Assembly: GCA_965602015.1 (NCBI GenBank)
Contig: OZ271918.1
Span: 3,104,001 to 3,168,000 of the forward strand
Direction of reading: 5' to 3'
Length of the DNA stretch: 64,000 nt
Source: Salinispira sp.
GTDB lineage: Bacteria > Spirochaetota > Spirochaetia > DSM-27196 > Salinispiraceae
The notes beneath the pieces were generated by a model that saw only the letters and a program-made list of their open reading frames with translations, searched no databases and was not told the origin of the DNA. Made by a program: the position numbers and the translations under genes. Positions 26,920 through 36,644 of this stretch are shown piece by piece (the stretch's first letter is position 1; every line of letters starts with the position of its first letter).

Positions 26920-28002
26920 ATGGAGTCCATCGGAGAAAAACTCTCACGCCGACGCGAGGAAAAGCATTATAGCCTGGACCAAGCGGCCAGGGAGACCCAT
27001 ATTGCCAAGCGCTTCATTGAGGCCCTGGAGACCGAAGCCTTCGATACCTTCCCCGGCGAGAGTTATCTGGTGGGATTTCTCCGGAAATACAGCGATTATC
27101 TCGAGCTCGATGCGGAGGAAATGATTTCCCTGTTCCGCAACACAAAAATTCAGGAACAGCCCAGCCCGATGGATGAATTATTGGTAACTAAACCTAAAAT
27201 CCGTTGGGGACTCATAGCGGGAATATCTGCAACAGTGGTGGTGATCGGCCTTGCCGCGGTATTGCTGTCTACCCTGGGAGATCCTTCAGCTTCGGCCAGA
27301 AACCAAGGGGATGAACCGGCAGCCCCGACGCAGCCCGAGGTCAACGAGGTTCTCTTCACCGCTGAAATCATTGAACAGGAATTTGAGGAAAATACATCAA
27401 TCATCATCCCCCTGGAAGAAAACGAGTATCGCATTGAAATCCGCAGCATTGGCAACCCGCTTACTCTTTTTCTCGGCGACCAGAGCTTTTCCCTTGAAGA
27501 GGGAGGATCGGGCTTCGTGGATTTAAATCGGGACAACGACCCGGACCTCCGCATCGTCTTCAGCGGCAGCATGGAAAACGGAAACCCGGTACTCCGACTC
27601 GATAAGGTGGTTGCCGGCGCATTTGCAGAAAACAGCACAGCAGCTTCGGAAAATCAGGGCGGCGTGGACATCGGTCAGACCATCGAGCAAAGCCGTATTC
27701 AGCCTCCTCAGACCATCTTCGAAGCGTCTGAACCAGACACATTTTTTATTGAGGCGATTTTCCGCGGTCCGGTCCTCCTTCGTCACCTGAATGAGAACGG
27801 CGAACAGGTGGAGCAGTTTTATTCCAGCGGCGAGCGCTTTCAGACCGAAGCCAGGGAATATGTATACTTTTGGATATCAAACGCGGGCAAAACCCAATTT
27901 AGCGTCGCCGGACGAAACCTGAGGCTCGGCATCGACGGAGAGACCGCAGCTTTCAGGATCGCCTGGAACGCCAACCGTCTGGAACTCATCCCCATGTATT
28001 GA
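26920..28002 (+). CDS. RodZ-like HTH membrane protein
   Basis: IGEKL..RREEK, ETHIAKRFIEALE, YLVGFLRKYSDYL, TM helix, C-terminal ISNAG. Confidence 0.8.
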   Translation: MESIGEKLSRRREEKHYSLDQAARETHIAKRFIEALETEAFDTFPGESYLVGFLRKYSDYLELDAEEMISLFRNTKIQEQPSPMDELLVTKPKIRWGLIAGISATVVVIGLAAVLLSTLGDPSASARNQGDEPAAPTQPEVNEVLFTAEIIEQEFEENTSIIIPLEENEYRIEIRSIGNPLTLFLGDQSFSLEEGGSGFVDLNRDNDPDLRIVFSGSMENGNPVLRLDKVVAGAFAENSTAASENQGGVDIGQTIEQSRIQPPQTIFEASEPDTFFIEAIFRGPVLLRHLNENGEQVEQFYSSGERFQTEAREYVYFWISNAGKTQFSVAGRNLRLGIDGETAAFRIAWNANRLELIPMY

Positions 28003-28055
28003 TATCCTGTATCATCGGCGTTTTGCGCGGCACATGCCGAATACAGGAGATTATC

Positions 28056-28403
28056 ATGGATGAAAAAACAATTTTCGAAAAGATTATCGAAGGGGCTATA
28101 CCCGCGGATATCGTCTCCGAGGGTCCTCATTATCTTGCGTTCAAGGACATAAATCCCCAGGCGCCGGTTCACGTCCTGGTAATTCCCAAGGTGAAGGTGC
28201 GCGGAATGCATCAGGTTCAACACCTTGATCCTGAGGTGCTTCACGGGTTTATGAGCGGCATACGCGATACCGCCCGCATCCTCGGGCTGGAAGAATCCGG
28301 GTACCGGGTGGTATTTAACACGGGCAAGGACGCCCAGCAGAGCGTCGACTACATTCATGCCCATATTCTCGGCGGCAGACCCATGAACTGGCCGCCGGGA
28401 TGA
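28056..28403 (+). CDS. HIT (histidine triad) nucleotide-binding protein, Hint type
   Basis: AFKDINPQAPVHVLVIPK, GYRVVFN, YIHAHILGGR, WPPG. Start moved to ATG 28056, which has SD AGGAG. Confidence 0.9.
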   Translation: MDEKTIFEKIIEGAIPADIVSEGPHYLAFKDINPQAPVHVLVIPKVKVRGMHQVQHLDPEVLHGFMSGIRDTARILGLEESGYRVVFNTGKDAQQSVDYIHAHILGGRPMNWPPG

Positions 28404-28413
28404 CTCAACAGCT

Positions 28414-30612
28414 ATGATGGATATCGAACAAAGTCTTCAGCATCTCAATGAAGCCCAACGACGGGCAGTGCTCCACAACGGCAACTCACTATTGATCCTC
28501 GCAGGAGCCGGATCGGGGAAAACCCGGGTAATTACCGTAAAAATCGCCTATCTCATTGAAAAACTCGGGGTAGATCCCCGTTCCATTTTGGCGGTAACCT
28601 TTACGAACAAAGCCGCGGCCGAGATGAGGGAGCGGGCGGAGCAGCTCAGCTCCCGGGCATCCCAGGTGGTAATCCGCACGTTTCACAGCTTCGGCGCCTG
28701 GCTTATGAGGCGAAATGCCTCAGCGCTGAATCTGCCCGCGGGCTTTACCATCTATGACGATGATGACAGCATCAGCCTGCTCGGCAGCCTGCTTCCAGAT
28801 CGCTCGCGCCAGCAGCTTCGATACTTCGCACACTTGATCAGCCGCGCAAAGGATAACTGCATCGGCCCCGAAGGGCAGCTCGAATTAATCAGCAGCGACC
28901 CGGACTTCCGGGAGGCATACCGCCTCTATGAGAGCCGGCTGAGGGAAATCGGCAACGCGGACTTCGGCGACCTCATTCTCCGACCCATTGAGCTCCTTGA
29001 GGAGGACAACAGCATCGGCTCCCGCATTCGCGACCGTTTCCAGGTGCTGCTCGTCGATGAATATCAGGATTCCAACATCGCCCAATATGAACTCCTGACG
29101 CATTTGTACCAAAAAGGGAGCTATATCTGTGTCGTCGGGGATGATGATCAGTCCATTTACCGTTTCCGGGGAGCGGAAGTTAAAAACATCCTGAATTTCC
29201 CCAAACAGTTCGAAAATACCGACATTATCAAACTCGAACAGAATTACCGGAGCACCAACCCCATACTCCAGCTCGCCGGAGCCGTGGTTCAGAAGAACCA
29301 GGGACGGCTCGGAAAGGAGCTCTGGACAGACCGGCAGGACGGCACCCTCCCTGTCATCGCCCGGCTCAGCGATCAGGATGCGGAGGTCGATTATGTAATT
29401 CGGCTTATTCGGGATGATTTTGAAGGCGAAACCGCAATACTGTACCGCACCAATGCCCAAAGCCGCCTGTTCGAGACCCGATTCCTTCAGGAAGGGATTC
29501 CGTACCGCATCATCGGCACTTTGAGATTCTACGAAAGGGAAGAGGTAAAAGACGCCGTCGCCCTGCTCAAACTTCTGGCTAATCCCCGGGATGAGGTTGC
29601 ATTTACCCGGATCGTAAACAAGCCGAGCCGGGGAATCGGACAGGTCGCCATGAGAAAAATTCTCGGCCAGCTCGGCGCCGCGCGAGGAAACCTGGTCCAT
29701 GCAGCGGAATACGCTATTCCCGGAAGCAATAAAAAAACCGCACACGGCATTGGGGAGTTCGTCGCATGCATGGAAAAAGCAAAAAAGTACCTGAATGCCC
29801 CGGCATCGGAAATATCTCACCTGGGTGAGATCGTCGAACGGACGCTTCAGGACAGCGGGCTCGCCCAGTATCACCTCAATCAGGATGAAGTAACCGGCAG
29901 CGGAAAAATTCAAAACTTGGAGGAACTGGCCAACGCCGCAAGCCTTTATCCGGCAAACAGCGACGGTCTGGTCGAATTCCTCGAGGCCATCGAATTGGAC
30001 AGCGCCAGGGAGCAAAACGACCTCGATGCCGACGTAACCCTCATTACCATGCACAATACCAAGGGACTGGAGTTTGACCGGGTGGTTATAACCGGTCTGG
30101 AAAATGAACTGTTTCCCCGGACCGATGACGGAGACCAGGAATCCCTGGAGGAGGAGCGGCGCTTATTTTACGTCGCCATCACCCGTGCGAGGCACGAGCT
30201 GCATATTACCAGCTGCTCTAGCCGCAGAATCCACGGGAAAACCATGAGCCTCAACCCGTCGGTATTTCTCAGTGAAATTCCGGATGAGATGGTCGAGCAT
30301 TTTGGAAGGCGGGGTTCCGGCGTCGATTCATGGAAGGATGCTTTCGGCGGGGTTGACCCCTGGGCCGCCTGGAAGGGCGGTCAGAATTCAAGCCGAAGGG
30401 AAGAGGGGGCCGACGACGGCTTCCCCGACGGAATGCAGCCAGAGTTTCCCCGGGGTCAGCTGGTGTATCACGACGAATACGGCACCGGCGAAGTGGTAAA
30501 AACCAGCTATAATGGAAGCGAAGAAGTAATTCTCGTCCGCTTCGAATCGGGCAACAACGCCCAGTTCATCCCCCGCTTCAGCGGAGTCGAGAAAGTCAGC
30601 CGGGACTGGTAG
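28414..30612 (+). CDS. uvrD: ATP-dependent DNA helicase UvrD/PcrA
   Basis: AGAGSGKT, TFTNKAA, VDEYQD, VGDDDQSIYRFRG, LEQNYRS, HNTKGLEF, EEERRLFYVAITRA; C-terminal Tudor-like YHDEYGTGEV. Confidence 0.93.
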   Translation: MMDIEQSLQHLNEAQRRAVLHNGNSLLILAGAGSGKTRVITVKIAYLIEKLGVDPRSILAVTFTNKAAAEMRERAEQLSSRASQVVIRTFHSFGAWLMRRNASALNLPAGFTIYDDDDSISLLGSLLPDRSRQQLRYFAHLISRAKDNCIGPEGQLELISSDPDFREAYRLYESRLREIGNADFGDLILRPIELLEEDNSIGSRIRDRFQVLLVDEYQDSNIAQYELLTHLYQKGSYICVVGDDDQSIYRFRGAEVKNILNFPKQFENTDIIKLEQNYRSTNPILQLAGAVVQKNQGRLGKELWTDRQDGTLPVIARLSDQDAEVDYVIRLIRDDFEGETAILYRTNAQSRLFETRFLQEGIPYRIIGTLRFYEREEVKDAVALLKLLANPRDEVAFTRIVNKPSRGIGQVAMRKILGQLGAARGNLVHAAEYAIPGSNKKTAHGIGEFVACMEKAKKYLNAPASEISHLGEIVERTLQDSGLAQYHLNQDEVTGSGKIQNLEELANAASLYPANSDGLVEFLEAIELDSAREQNDLDADVTLITMHNTKGLEFDRVVITGLENELFPRTDDGDQESLEEERRLFYVAITRARHELHITSCSSRRIHGKTMSLNPSVFLSEIPDEMVEHFGRRGSGVDSWKDAFGGVDPWAAWKGGQNSSRREEGADDGFPDGMQPEFPRGQLVYHDEYGTGEVVKTSYNGSEEVILVRFESGNNAQFIPRFSGVEKVSRDW

Positions 30613-30628
30613 TCCCCTGAGGAAGCCC

Positions 30629-31588
30629 ATGAAAATTACCCGTGCCAGGGACTACCGCCTCTACTACGGCGATCTGCACCAAAGAATTCTCGATATGGAA
30701 CTTGACGGAGGCCGGGCGCTCTTCGGACACAGCCCCAGAGGCTTAGCGAAGGCGTACAAAAACAGTATTTCCCGGGGCCTGTATTGCGGATTCGATTCGG
30801 CGATGCACCGCACGGCTGTCCGGCTGCTTAAAGAACTGTTTCCCGGATACGGCGCACTTATCTTTCCCGACCGTCGATCCGCAGGGGAGTTCCTCGCACA
30901 TAACATCGAGCTCTCCCTGGATGAATCGGAGTACCAAAGGTTTATCCCGGCCCCTGGCTCAGGACCGTCGGTGCAGGCTGTGGAAATGTGGCGCCCCTTC
31001 ACCGACAGGGCAAGGGGTGAAATCCTGCTGCCGATCATCCCCCAGCCCGGCGCCATAAGCCCCCAGCCGCTGCTTTACAAGAAGGAGCCGCGTCAGGAAG
31101 AAAAACCAGGCACCGGAGACCCGGCGGCACCTTCATCCGGATTCCGTCAAAAACACAGACGCTTTATTCTGAATGAGAAACTACCCTGTTCACAGTTTCA
31201 GCTCAGCGGGCTCGTTCAGGTCCTCTCCCTTATGCTGCAGGCCAGAACATTCAGCTGTTTTGGGAGCACTCCCAAACTTATCCATCAGCCGAAAAAACAT
31301 CAGCAGGCCTTGGGGCGGACAAGACAATGGTTCTCCGATGATCTCTGGTCCAGGATTATTCAGACTGATAACCCCATATGGAGCAGAACGGGTCCTTATA
31401 TCTTTCCTAAAGCCGGTCACCAGCTGCCCGCCGCTGAATGGGAAGGTTTTCGCGCAAAGGCAACGGCTTTGGGAATCCGGCTCCCCGAAAGCCCCGATTC
31501 GGTTATAATAATTCCATCAATGTTCAGCCAGAGAGAGGAACAGGCGATGCGAGAACTATTTTCAAGTCCGGAGGCCGCCGATGTCTGA
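30629..31588 (+). CDS. Hypothetical protein with a class-III aminotransferase-like N-terminus
   Basis: ITRARDYRLY...ILDMELDGGRALFGH resembles the class III opening motif; the rest is divergent. Confidence 0.6.
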   Translation: MKITRARDYRLYYGDLHQRILDMELDGGRALFGHSPRGLAKAYKNSISRGLYCGFDSAMHRTAVRLLKELFPGYGALIFPDRRSAGEFLAHNIELSLDESEYQRFIPAPGSGPSVQAVEMWRPFTDRARGEILLPIIPQPGAISPQPLLYKKEPRQEEKPGTGDPAAPSSGFRQKHRRFILNEKLPCSQFQLSGLVQVLSLMLQARTFSCFGSTPKLIHQPKKHQQALGRTRQWFSDDLWSRIIQTDNPIWSRTGPYIFPKAGHQLPAAEWEGFRAKATALGIRLPESPDSVIIIPSMFSQREEQAMRELFSSPEAADV

Positions 31589-31871
31589 TGCTATTCTCCT
31601 GATGATGATCCAGTTAGTGACCGGGGCCCTGGCCACCCTTTTCGCCATTCTGCTCTGGGCAAAAACCCGGGATAGCGCGTGGATGATGGTTATCATCGGG
31701 ATTATCCTGTGGTACGGCAGAATTCTGTTCCGTGCCCTGGAACTCTTCGGAATTGCGAGGCTGGAGCTGGATATCCGCTGGATGAATCTCATAGCCCTGG
31801 CAGCCCTTGAGAATCTGCCTGTGGTCTTTATCACCATAGGCATAATCGTTATGATTAATCGCAAGACTTGA
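31581..31871 (+). CDS. Small membrane protein (3 TM helices)
   Basis: SD GGAGG; hydrophobic; LWAKTRDSAW. Confidence 0.7.
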   Translation: MSDAILLMMIQLVTGALATLFAILLWAKTRDSAWMMVIIGIILWYGRILFRALELFGIARLELDIRWMNLIALAALENLPVVFITIGIIVMINRKT

Positions 31872-31954
31872 CGCAGCGCGAGTCTTTGTGTTTTTATTTG
31901 CTCACTGCGGGCCGTACATGCAGTGAAGGATTAAATCCGCCCTTTGGAGGCTTT

Positions 31955-32194
31955 ATGGTTGCGCTTTTAATTGGAATCATCTTTATCGCATTTGCAGTTG
32001 TCGCCGTCTGGCCCAACCTTCTTCTGGATTGGTGGGAACCCATGATTCAATTTCTCAAGGGCGGCATACCGGTTTTCGCCCTTTTTGTCGGGTTGATCGC
32101 CGTATTTATCGGCATAGCCGATATAAAGGACCGGATAGAAGCGAAAAAGGAAGAGGCCGAAGAGCAAAAGGCCAATTCCCAAAAAAGCGAGTAA
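31955..32194 (+). CDS. Small membrane protein (2 TM helices, charged tail)
   Basis: ATG 31955 with SD GGAGG; FLKGGIPV...IGIADIKDR. Confidence 0.75.
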   Translation: MVALLIGIIFIAFAVVAVWPNLLLDWWEPMIQFLKGGIPVFALFVGLIAVFIGIADIKDRIEAKKEEAEEQKANSQKSE

Positions 32195-32489
32195 TTAGCG
32201 GAAGTTTTTCCATGGTGTTTTCCCGGTTTCTGCTCCAAATCGGGAAAACACAGCTAAAAAACACAGGTTTCGGTGAACAGCTACCCCCCCCTTTCCCGGC
32301 TGTCATCCGACATTCCTCACTGCAGATTCTGAGACCATTGTCTCAGCCTCGGGGAATGTATTGACATTTTAATGCCGATGTGGAAATATGCACCACTGCT
32401 TCGGCACGATAAGTCCTTACACCCTAGACAATTGCGTGCAGGCTTCGTAAGGAAATGCAAAAACCTATAGGAATATAAGGCGTACAGCA

Positions 32490-32918
32490 ATGAAGACAAT
32501 ATTCAAAAAACCCGTTGATTTCGATCGAAAATGGTATGTAATCGACGCCGAAGGCGCCAATCTCGGCCGCCTGGCATCCAAGGTCTCGTACATCCTCCGA
32601 GGAAAGAATAAACCCTATTTCACTCCTCACCAGGAGTGTGGTGATTTCGTAATCATCGTAAATGCCGATAAAATCACCGTTACCGGCGACAAGCTGGACA
32701 GCAAGAAGTACTACCGTCACAGCGGCTACATGGGTGGACTCTCGGAGACCACCTTGCGGGATCTCCTCGACAAGAAGCCCACCGCCCCCGTCGAAAAGGC
32801 CATCCGCGGCATGCTTCCCCATAACCGCCTGGGTCGTAAACTGTTCAAGAATGCAAAAGTCTATGCGGGACCGAACCACCCCCACGGCGCTCAGCAGCCG
32901 GTGGCCCTGGATATCTAA
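32490..32918 (+). CDS. rplM: 50S ribosomal protein L13
   Basis: [40 protein letters not shown]. Confidence 0.98.
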   Translation: MKTIFKKPVDFDRKWYVIDAEGANLGRLASKVSYILRGKNKPYFTPHQECGDFVIIVNADKITVTGDKLDSKKYYRHSGYMGGLSETTLRDLLDKKPTAPVEKAIRGMLPHNRLGRKLFKNAKVYAGPNHPHGAQQPVALDI

Positions 32919-32929
32919 GGAGTAACAGA

Positions 32930-33325
32930 ATGGATACAAAAAATCTTGCCCTGGGAACCGGGCGTCGAAAAACATCTGTAGCCCGGGTTTACCTCAGAAA
33001 AGGCTCGGGAGCTATAGTCGTAAACGGTAAGCCCGTCACCGAGTATTTCAATCGGGAAGACCTGGTATACATCGTCAATCAGCCCCTTGAGGTTACCGAC
33101 AACAAGGCGAGCTATGACGTTTTGGTCACCGTCAACGGAGGCGGAAAAACCGGTCAGGCCGGCGCCATACTACTGGGACTTTCCAGAGCCCTGTCCGCTC
33201 ACGATGAGAGCAACTACAAGACCCTCCGGGCGAACGGGTTTATGACCCGGGACGACCGAATGGTTGAGCGTAAAAAATACGGTCAGCGCGGTGCGCGCCG
33301 TCGCTTCCAGTTCTCGAAGCGCTAA
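32930..33325 (+). CDS. rpsI: 30S ribosomal protein S9
   Basis: [33 protein letters not shown]. Confidence 0.98.
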   Translation: MDTKNLALGTGRRKTSVARVYLRKGSGAIVVNGKPVTEYFNREDLVYIVNQPLEVTDNKASYDVLVTVNGGGKTGQAGAILLGLSRALSAHDESNYKTLRANGFMTRDDRMVERKKYGQRGARRRFQFSKR

Positions 33326-33351
33326 TTGTTTACTTGGCCCGCTTCGGGCAG

Positions 33352-33381
33352 AAAAGCCGGAACTCGTTTCCGGCTTTTTTT
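33352..33381 (+). terminator. Intrinsic terminator after rpsI
   Basis: AAAAGCCGGAA / TTCCGGCTTTT stem followed by a T-run. Confidence 0.8.
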
Positions 33382-33408
33382 ATACCCGGTGAGCAGATCC
33401 GGAGGAAA

Positions 33409-34044
33409 ATGGAAGAGGGAATCACAGTAGACAGTCTGTCTCCATTGGAAAATCGCGAAGGCTATGAAATCGCCCTGAGCGACGGAAGCCGGTTGCGGGT
33501 CATCGCGCCGTTTTCGAGGGAACTCGAGGAATTTTTGCCGGACGTATCAATCGAAGATTGCCGGCGCCTTCATCGTCAAAGCGAATGCTACCTGCGTGGG
33601 CTTTCTCTTCTATCCCGCAGGGAACACAGCTCGATGCAGTTAACAGCAAAGCTCCTTCAGCGCGGCTTTTCTCATAATGAGATCAACCCGGTACTCCATA
33701 TACTCAAGCAGGAAGACTCCCTCAGCGACATGCGCTTTGCAGAGCAATGGATTTCACAGAGAGTGAGTACCCATCCGGAAGGTCCATATCCTCTTATTGC
33801 TGGACTTCGAAGGCGGGGAATTGATGCTAAACTTGCTTCCTCGGTGGTAAATAGTTATTTTGACGAAGAAAATCGATTGAAGCAGGTTTGCCTGACATAT
33901 CTGCTTAAATTGAATAGGAATAATACCCCTATCGATGAATTAGTAAAAAAGGCGAAAAAACGAGGTTTTGCAAATAATATTCTTGAAGCCTGCATTGCTG
34001 AGTTTTATACTTATACAGGTATAGAGTACTCTGTTGAGAAATAG
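33409..34044 (+). CDS. recX: Regulatory protein RecX
   Basis: LSRREHS..QL..KL.QRGF, LSDMRFAEQW, GP...L..RGI, C-terminal RGF. Start moved to ATG 33409. Confidence 0.8.
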   Translation: MEEGITVDSLSPLENREGYEIALSDGSRLRVIAPFSRELEEFLPDVSIEDCRRLHRQSECYLRGLSLLSRREHSSMQLTAKLLQRGFSHNEINPVLHILKQEDSLSDMRFAEQWISQRVSTHPEGPYPLIAGLRRRGIDAKLASSVVNSYFDEENRLKQVCLTYLLKLNRNNTPIDELVKKAKKRGFANNILEACIAEFYTYTGIEYSVEK

Positions 34045-34045
34045 C

Positions 34046-34074
34046 TTGACATATTAGATATATTTTTTTATGCT
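34046..34074 (+). promoter_or_regulatory. sigma70 promoter of the HTH-REC regulator
   Basis: TTGACA (34046-34051), 17-nt spacer, TATGCT (34069-34074). Confidence 0.75.
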
Positions 34075-34118
34075 ATTCAGAGTCAAGTCTAAAAAATCAA
34101 ATTTTGTTGAGGTGTGGT

Positions 34119-34727
34119 ATGGCGCGTACTGATAAGAAAATACGTATATTCTCTGCCCTGGAAGTTGCGAACATTTGCGGGGTTGTTAACCAAACGGCGA
34201 TTAACTGGATTAAAAACGGCTATCTCAAGGCTTTTACGACTCCCGGCGGTCAGTATCGAGTGTATGCCGAGGACCTCATCGATTTCCTCAGCAGCCGGGG
34301 CATGAGGCTTCCCGTCGAATTACAGAAAATGATGGAAGAAATACAGAGCCTCAGGACAATCCTCATCGTCGATGACGATCAGGCACTCAATGACAGCCTA
34401 AAGAAGGGACTCGAAATGATGAATCCCGACCTCACCATCCTTCAGGCTACCGACGGTTTTGAAGCGGGACGGGTGAGCGTTGAGAGCAAACCGAATCTTA
34501 TTATTCTGGACATTGATCTTCCGGGCGTCGACGGATTCAAGCTGTGCAAAACCTTCAAAGCTGATGAGAAGCTCATGAATCCCCTTATTATCGCCATTAG
34601 CGGTATGGGCAAGGACGATACCGAATCAAAGGTTGTGGATGCCGGAGCAGACGCCTTTATGCCCAAGCCGATCAACTTCGATGAGCTTGCAGAAAAAATC
34701 CGCGAACTGCAGGATGATCGCGATTAA
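34119..34727 (+). CDS. Response regulator with an N-terminal excisionase/MerR-like HTH and a C-terminal receiver domain
   Basis: FSALEVANICGV...INWI..G.LKAFTTPGGQYRV; ILIVDDD, ILDIDLPG, ISG, PKP. Confidence 0.88.
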   Translation: MARTDKKIRIFSALEVANICGVVNQTAINWIKNGYLKAFTTPGGQYRVYAEDLIDFLSSRGMRLPVELQKMMEEIQSLRTILIVDDDQALNDSLKKGLEMMNPDLTILQATDGFEAGRVSVESKPNLIILDIDLPGVDGFKLCKTFKADEKLMNPLIIAISGMGKDDTESKVVDAGADAFMPKPINFDELAEKIRELQDDRD

Positions 34728-34741
34728 AGCACCTCCAGCAT

Positions 34742-34773
34742 AAAAAACCGGCTCTATCGAGTCGGTTTTTTTT
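34742..34773. terminator. Bidirectional intrinsic terminator
   Basis: AAAAAACCGGCTC-tatc-GAGTCGGTTTTTT between convergent genes. Confidence 0.8.
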
Positions 34774-34788
34774 GGTCTTCAGAATGAC

Positions 34789-35226
34789 TTAATAGGATTT
34801 GCTGTCGAAACTCCGCAAAGATCCAAGCCCAAAAATAAAAAACAGGAATGCCGTTCCCAGAAACACCAGCGATCGCCCCCAAATACCGAGAAAGCTATCT
34901 ATGAGCACAGTGTCGGGACCGACGATGAGAATATCAATGGTCTGGCCGACAACATAGCGTTCAGGTGAAACGGGCCGGGGTGAAACGAACTGCCGAGCCA
35001 CCCCATCCGCATCGGAAAAACCGATTATGGGGTAATTCTGTATTCCGCTGTCCTGTTCGGTGTAGGGAATAGCATTTTGCACCGAATCGAAGTCCAGAAG
35101 CCTGCCTTGGGTACGGACCGCTGAGGACAGTTGGACCACGCTTATGACCGCAAAAACTATTGCCGTTGCCAGCAGAAGTCCGGCAATACTCCAGAATATT
35201 CTTGCAAATGCTTTTGACAAACTCAT
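34789..35226 (-). CDS. DUF3592-like membrane protein
   Basis: TM helix, beta domain (YPIIGFSDADG, YVVGQTIDIL), TM helix. Confidence 0.65.
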   Translation of the reverse strand: MSLSKAFARIFWSIAGLLLATAIVFAVISVVQLSSAVRTQGRLLDFDSVQNAIPYTEQDSGIQNYPIIGFSDADGVARQFVSPRPVSPERYVVGQTIDILIVGPDTVLIDSFLGIWGRSLVFLGTAFLFFIFGLGSLRSFDSKSY

Positions 35227-35235
35227 ATTACTCCT

Positions 35236-36531
35236 TTAGAAGCCAAAACGCTCCATGTGAATACTTTTTTTTGGTATTCCCATGCGCCGCAGCTGCGGAA
35301 GAAGCTTGTCCATCATTACGGGCGGACCGCATACGAAGCATTCCTGGTCTTCCGTTTTCACAATGTACTCAGAAATGCAGTCTGCGTCGATAAATCCCTC
35401 CCTTTGCTCGCCGAACGGCGGAGAGTCCGGCGCTTCAGCGCTGAATACATGGACTATTCTCAGATTTTTCATTGTTTCCTGAATTTCCCCCAACTCGTCA
35501 TTGAGAAAAAGGTCATCAACGGTGCGGTTGCCCCACAACAAGATGACATTGCGGTCGGGATCGTCGGTTTTCATAATGCGCAGCATACTGAGCATGGGCG
35601 TAATGCCGACTCCTCCGGCAATGAACAGCAGATCTCGCGCTCTGCCGCTATGCAAGTAGGAAAAACGGCCGAAGGGCCCCTCAATAAACGCTTCGGTACC
35701 CGGAGGAAGCGCGGGAATCTCGGAAGTATAATCCCCGGAGGCCTTTATGGTGAATACGAGGTCTTTCTGAAGAGGCGATGAGCTGATAGTGAACGGGTGC
35801 GCCGGTAGGGCTTTTCCGTCCCGGGTGAGGGTAAGGTATGCGAACTGACCCGGATGATGATCGAGGGGGGGACCGGCGAATGAGAACTGATGGACATTGT
35901 AATTCAGTTTATCCACGGCGCTTAGCATATAGGGATGTCGCCTGGCGCGCATCCACAGGAAAAATCTCCAGCCCCAGGAAATCATCACCAGCCCAAACAT
36001 CGCAATAAACTGAATATAGACGATGCGGCTGGACCGGATGGTTCCGCCGAGGAACATTGCGTGAAGAAACAACGGCGGGTAAATCACATAACTTATGCGG
36101 TGCCAGGTCTTCCAGCGGTCATAGGGTATTCCGAGGGCAAGGCGGAAGGCTGCGCTGATTCCCAGCAGCAGTAAAATCACAAAACCGACAATGCCGTTGA
36201 TTATCGGCAAATCCTGAGGAACAGCAAAAAAGAGTCCCCCGTCCAAACTGATCCGCTCGATAAGATAGAGCGGTCCGTGGGCTGCCAGAATGAGGACGGA
36301 AGCGATTCCCGCAGTTCTGTGCGCCAGAATGAGCTTATCCTGCCCGAAACTTTTTTCCAGCAGGGGAATGCGGGAGGAAAGCATGAACTGGATACTCATA
36401 AGGGTAAACCCGATCAGCCCCGCCAGGCGGACAATCATTCGTATATCAAAAAAAGGATTTCTGACGATCCGTGCCACGGGCGGCAAGAGGAGAAGGACCA
36501 AAAAAAACAGGACTATTGCGGCTTTTTTCAT
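35236..36531 (-). CDS. Ferric reductase-like membrane flavocytochrome (heme TM domain plus FAD/NAD(P) domains)
   Basis: TM His pairs (HR..G...H; WH...H), PGQF, HPFTISS, GDYT, EGPFG, IAGGVGITP, CGP, ERF. Confidence 0.88.
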   Translation of the reverse strand: MKKAAIVLFFLVLLLLPPVARIVRNPFFDIRMIVRLAGLIGFTLMSIQFMLSSRIPLLEKSFGQDKLILAHRTAGIASVLILAAHGPLYLIERISLDGGLFFAVPQDLPIINGIVGFVILLLLGISAAFRLALGIPYDRWKTWHRISYVIYPPLFLHAMFLGGTIRSSRIVYIQFIAMFGLVMISWGWRFFLWMRARRHPYMLSAVDKLNYNVHQFSFAGPPLDHHPGQFAYLTLTRDGKALPAHPFTISSSPLQKDLVFTIKASGDYTSEIPALPPGTEAFIEGPFGRFSYLHSGRARDLLFIAGGVGITPMLSMLRIMKTDDPDRNVILLWGNRTVDDLFLNDELGEIQETMKNLRIVHVFSAEAPDSPPFGEQREGFIDADCISEYIVKTEDQECFVCGPPVMMDKLLPQLRRMGIPKKSIHMERFGF

Positions 36532-36644
36532 TATCACGCTCCGAAGATGAAGTCTTTTTTATATAGTAACAGTTCTTTCCGTCCGGCGCAGGGAAAAATT
36601 ACCCCTTCCCCGGGATATATCAGCAGCTCATCCCCTGATAAACG

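Noticed and set aside
28350..28375. HIT motif variant YxHxH as an inactive enzyme
   Set aside because: The catalytic middle His and the third His are intact; the first position is known to vary.
28885..30054. 389-aa ORF antisense to uvrD
   Set aside because: Shadow ORF.
33800..34110. AT-rich patch as horizontally acquired DNA
   Set aside because: It is short and is explained by the recX 3' end plus an AT-rich promoter.
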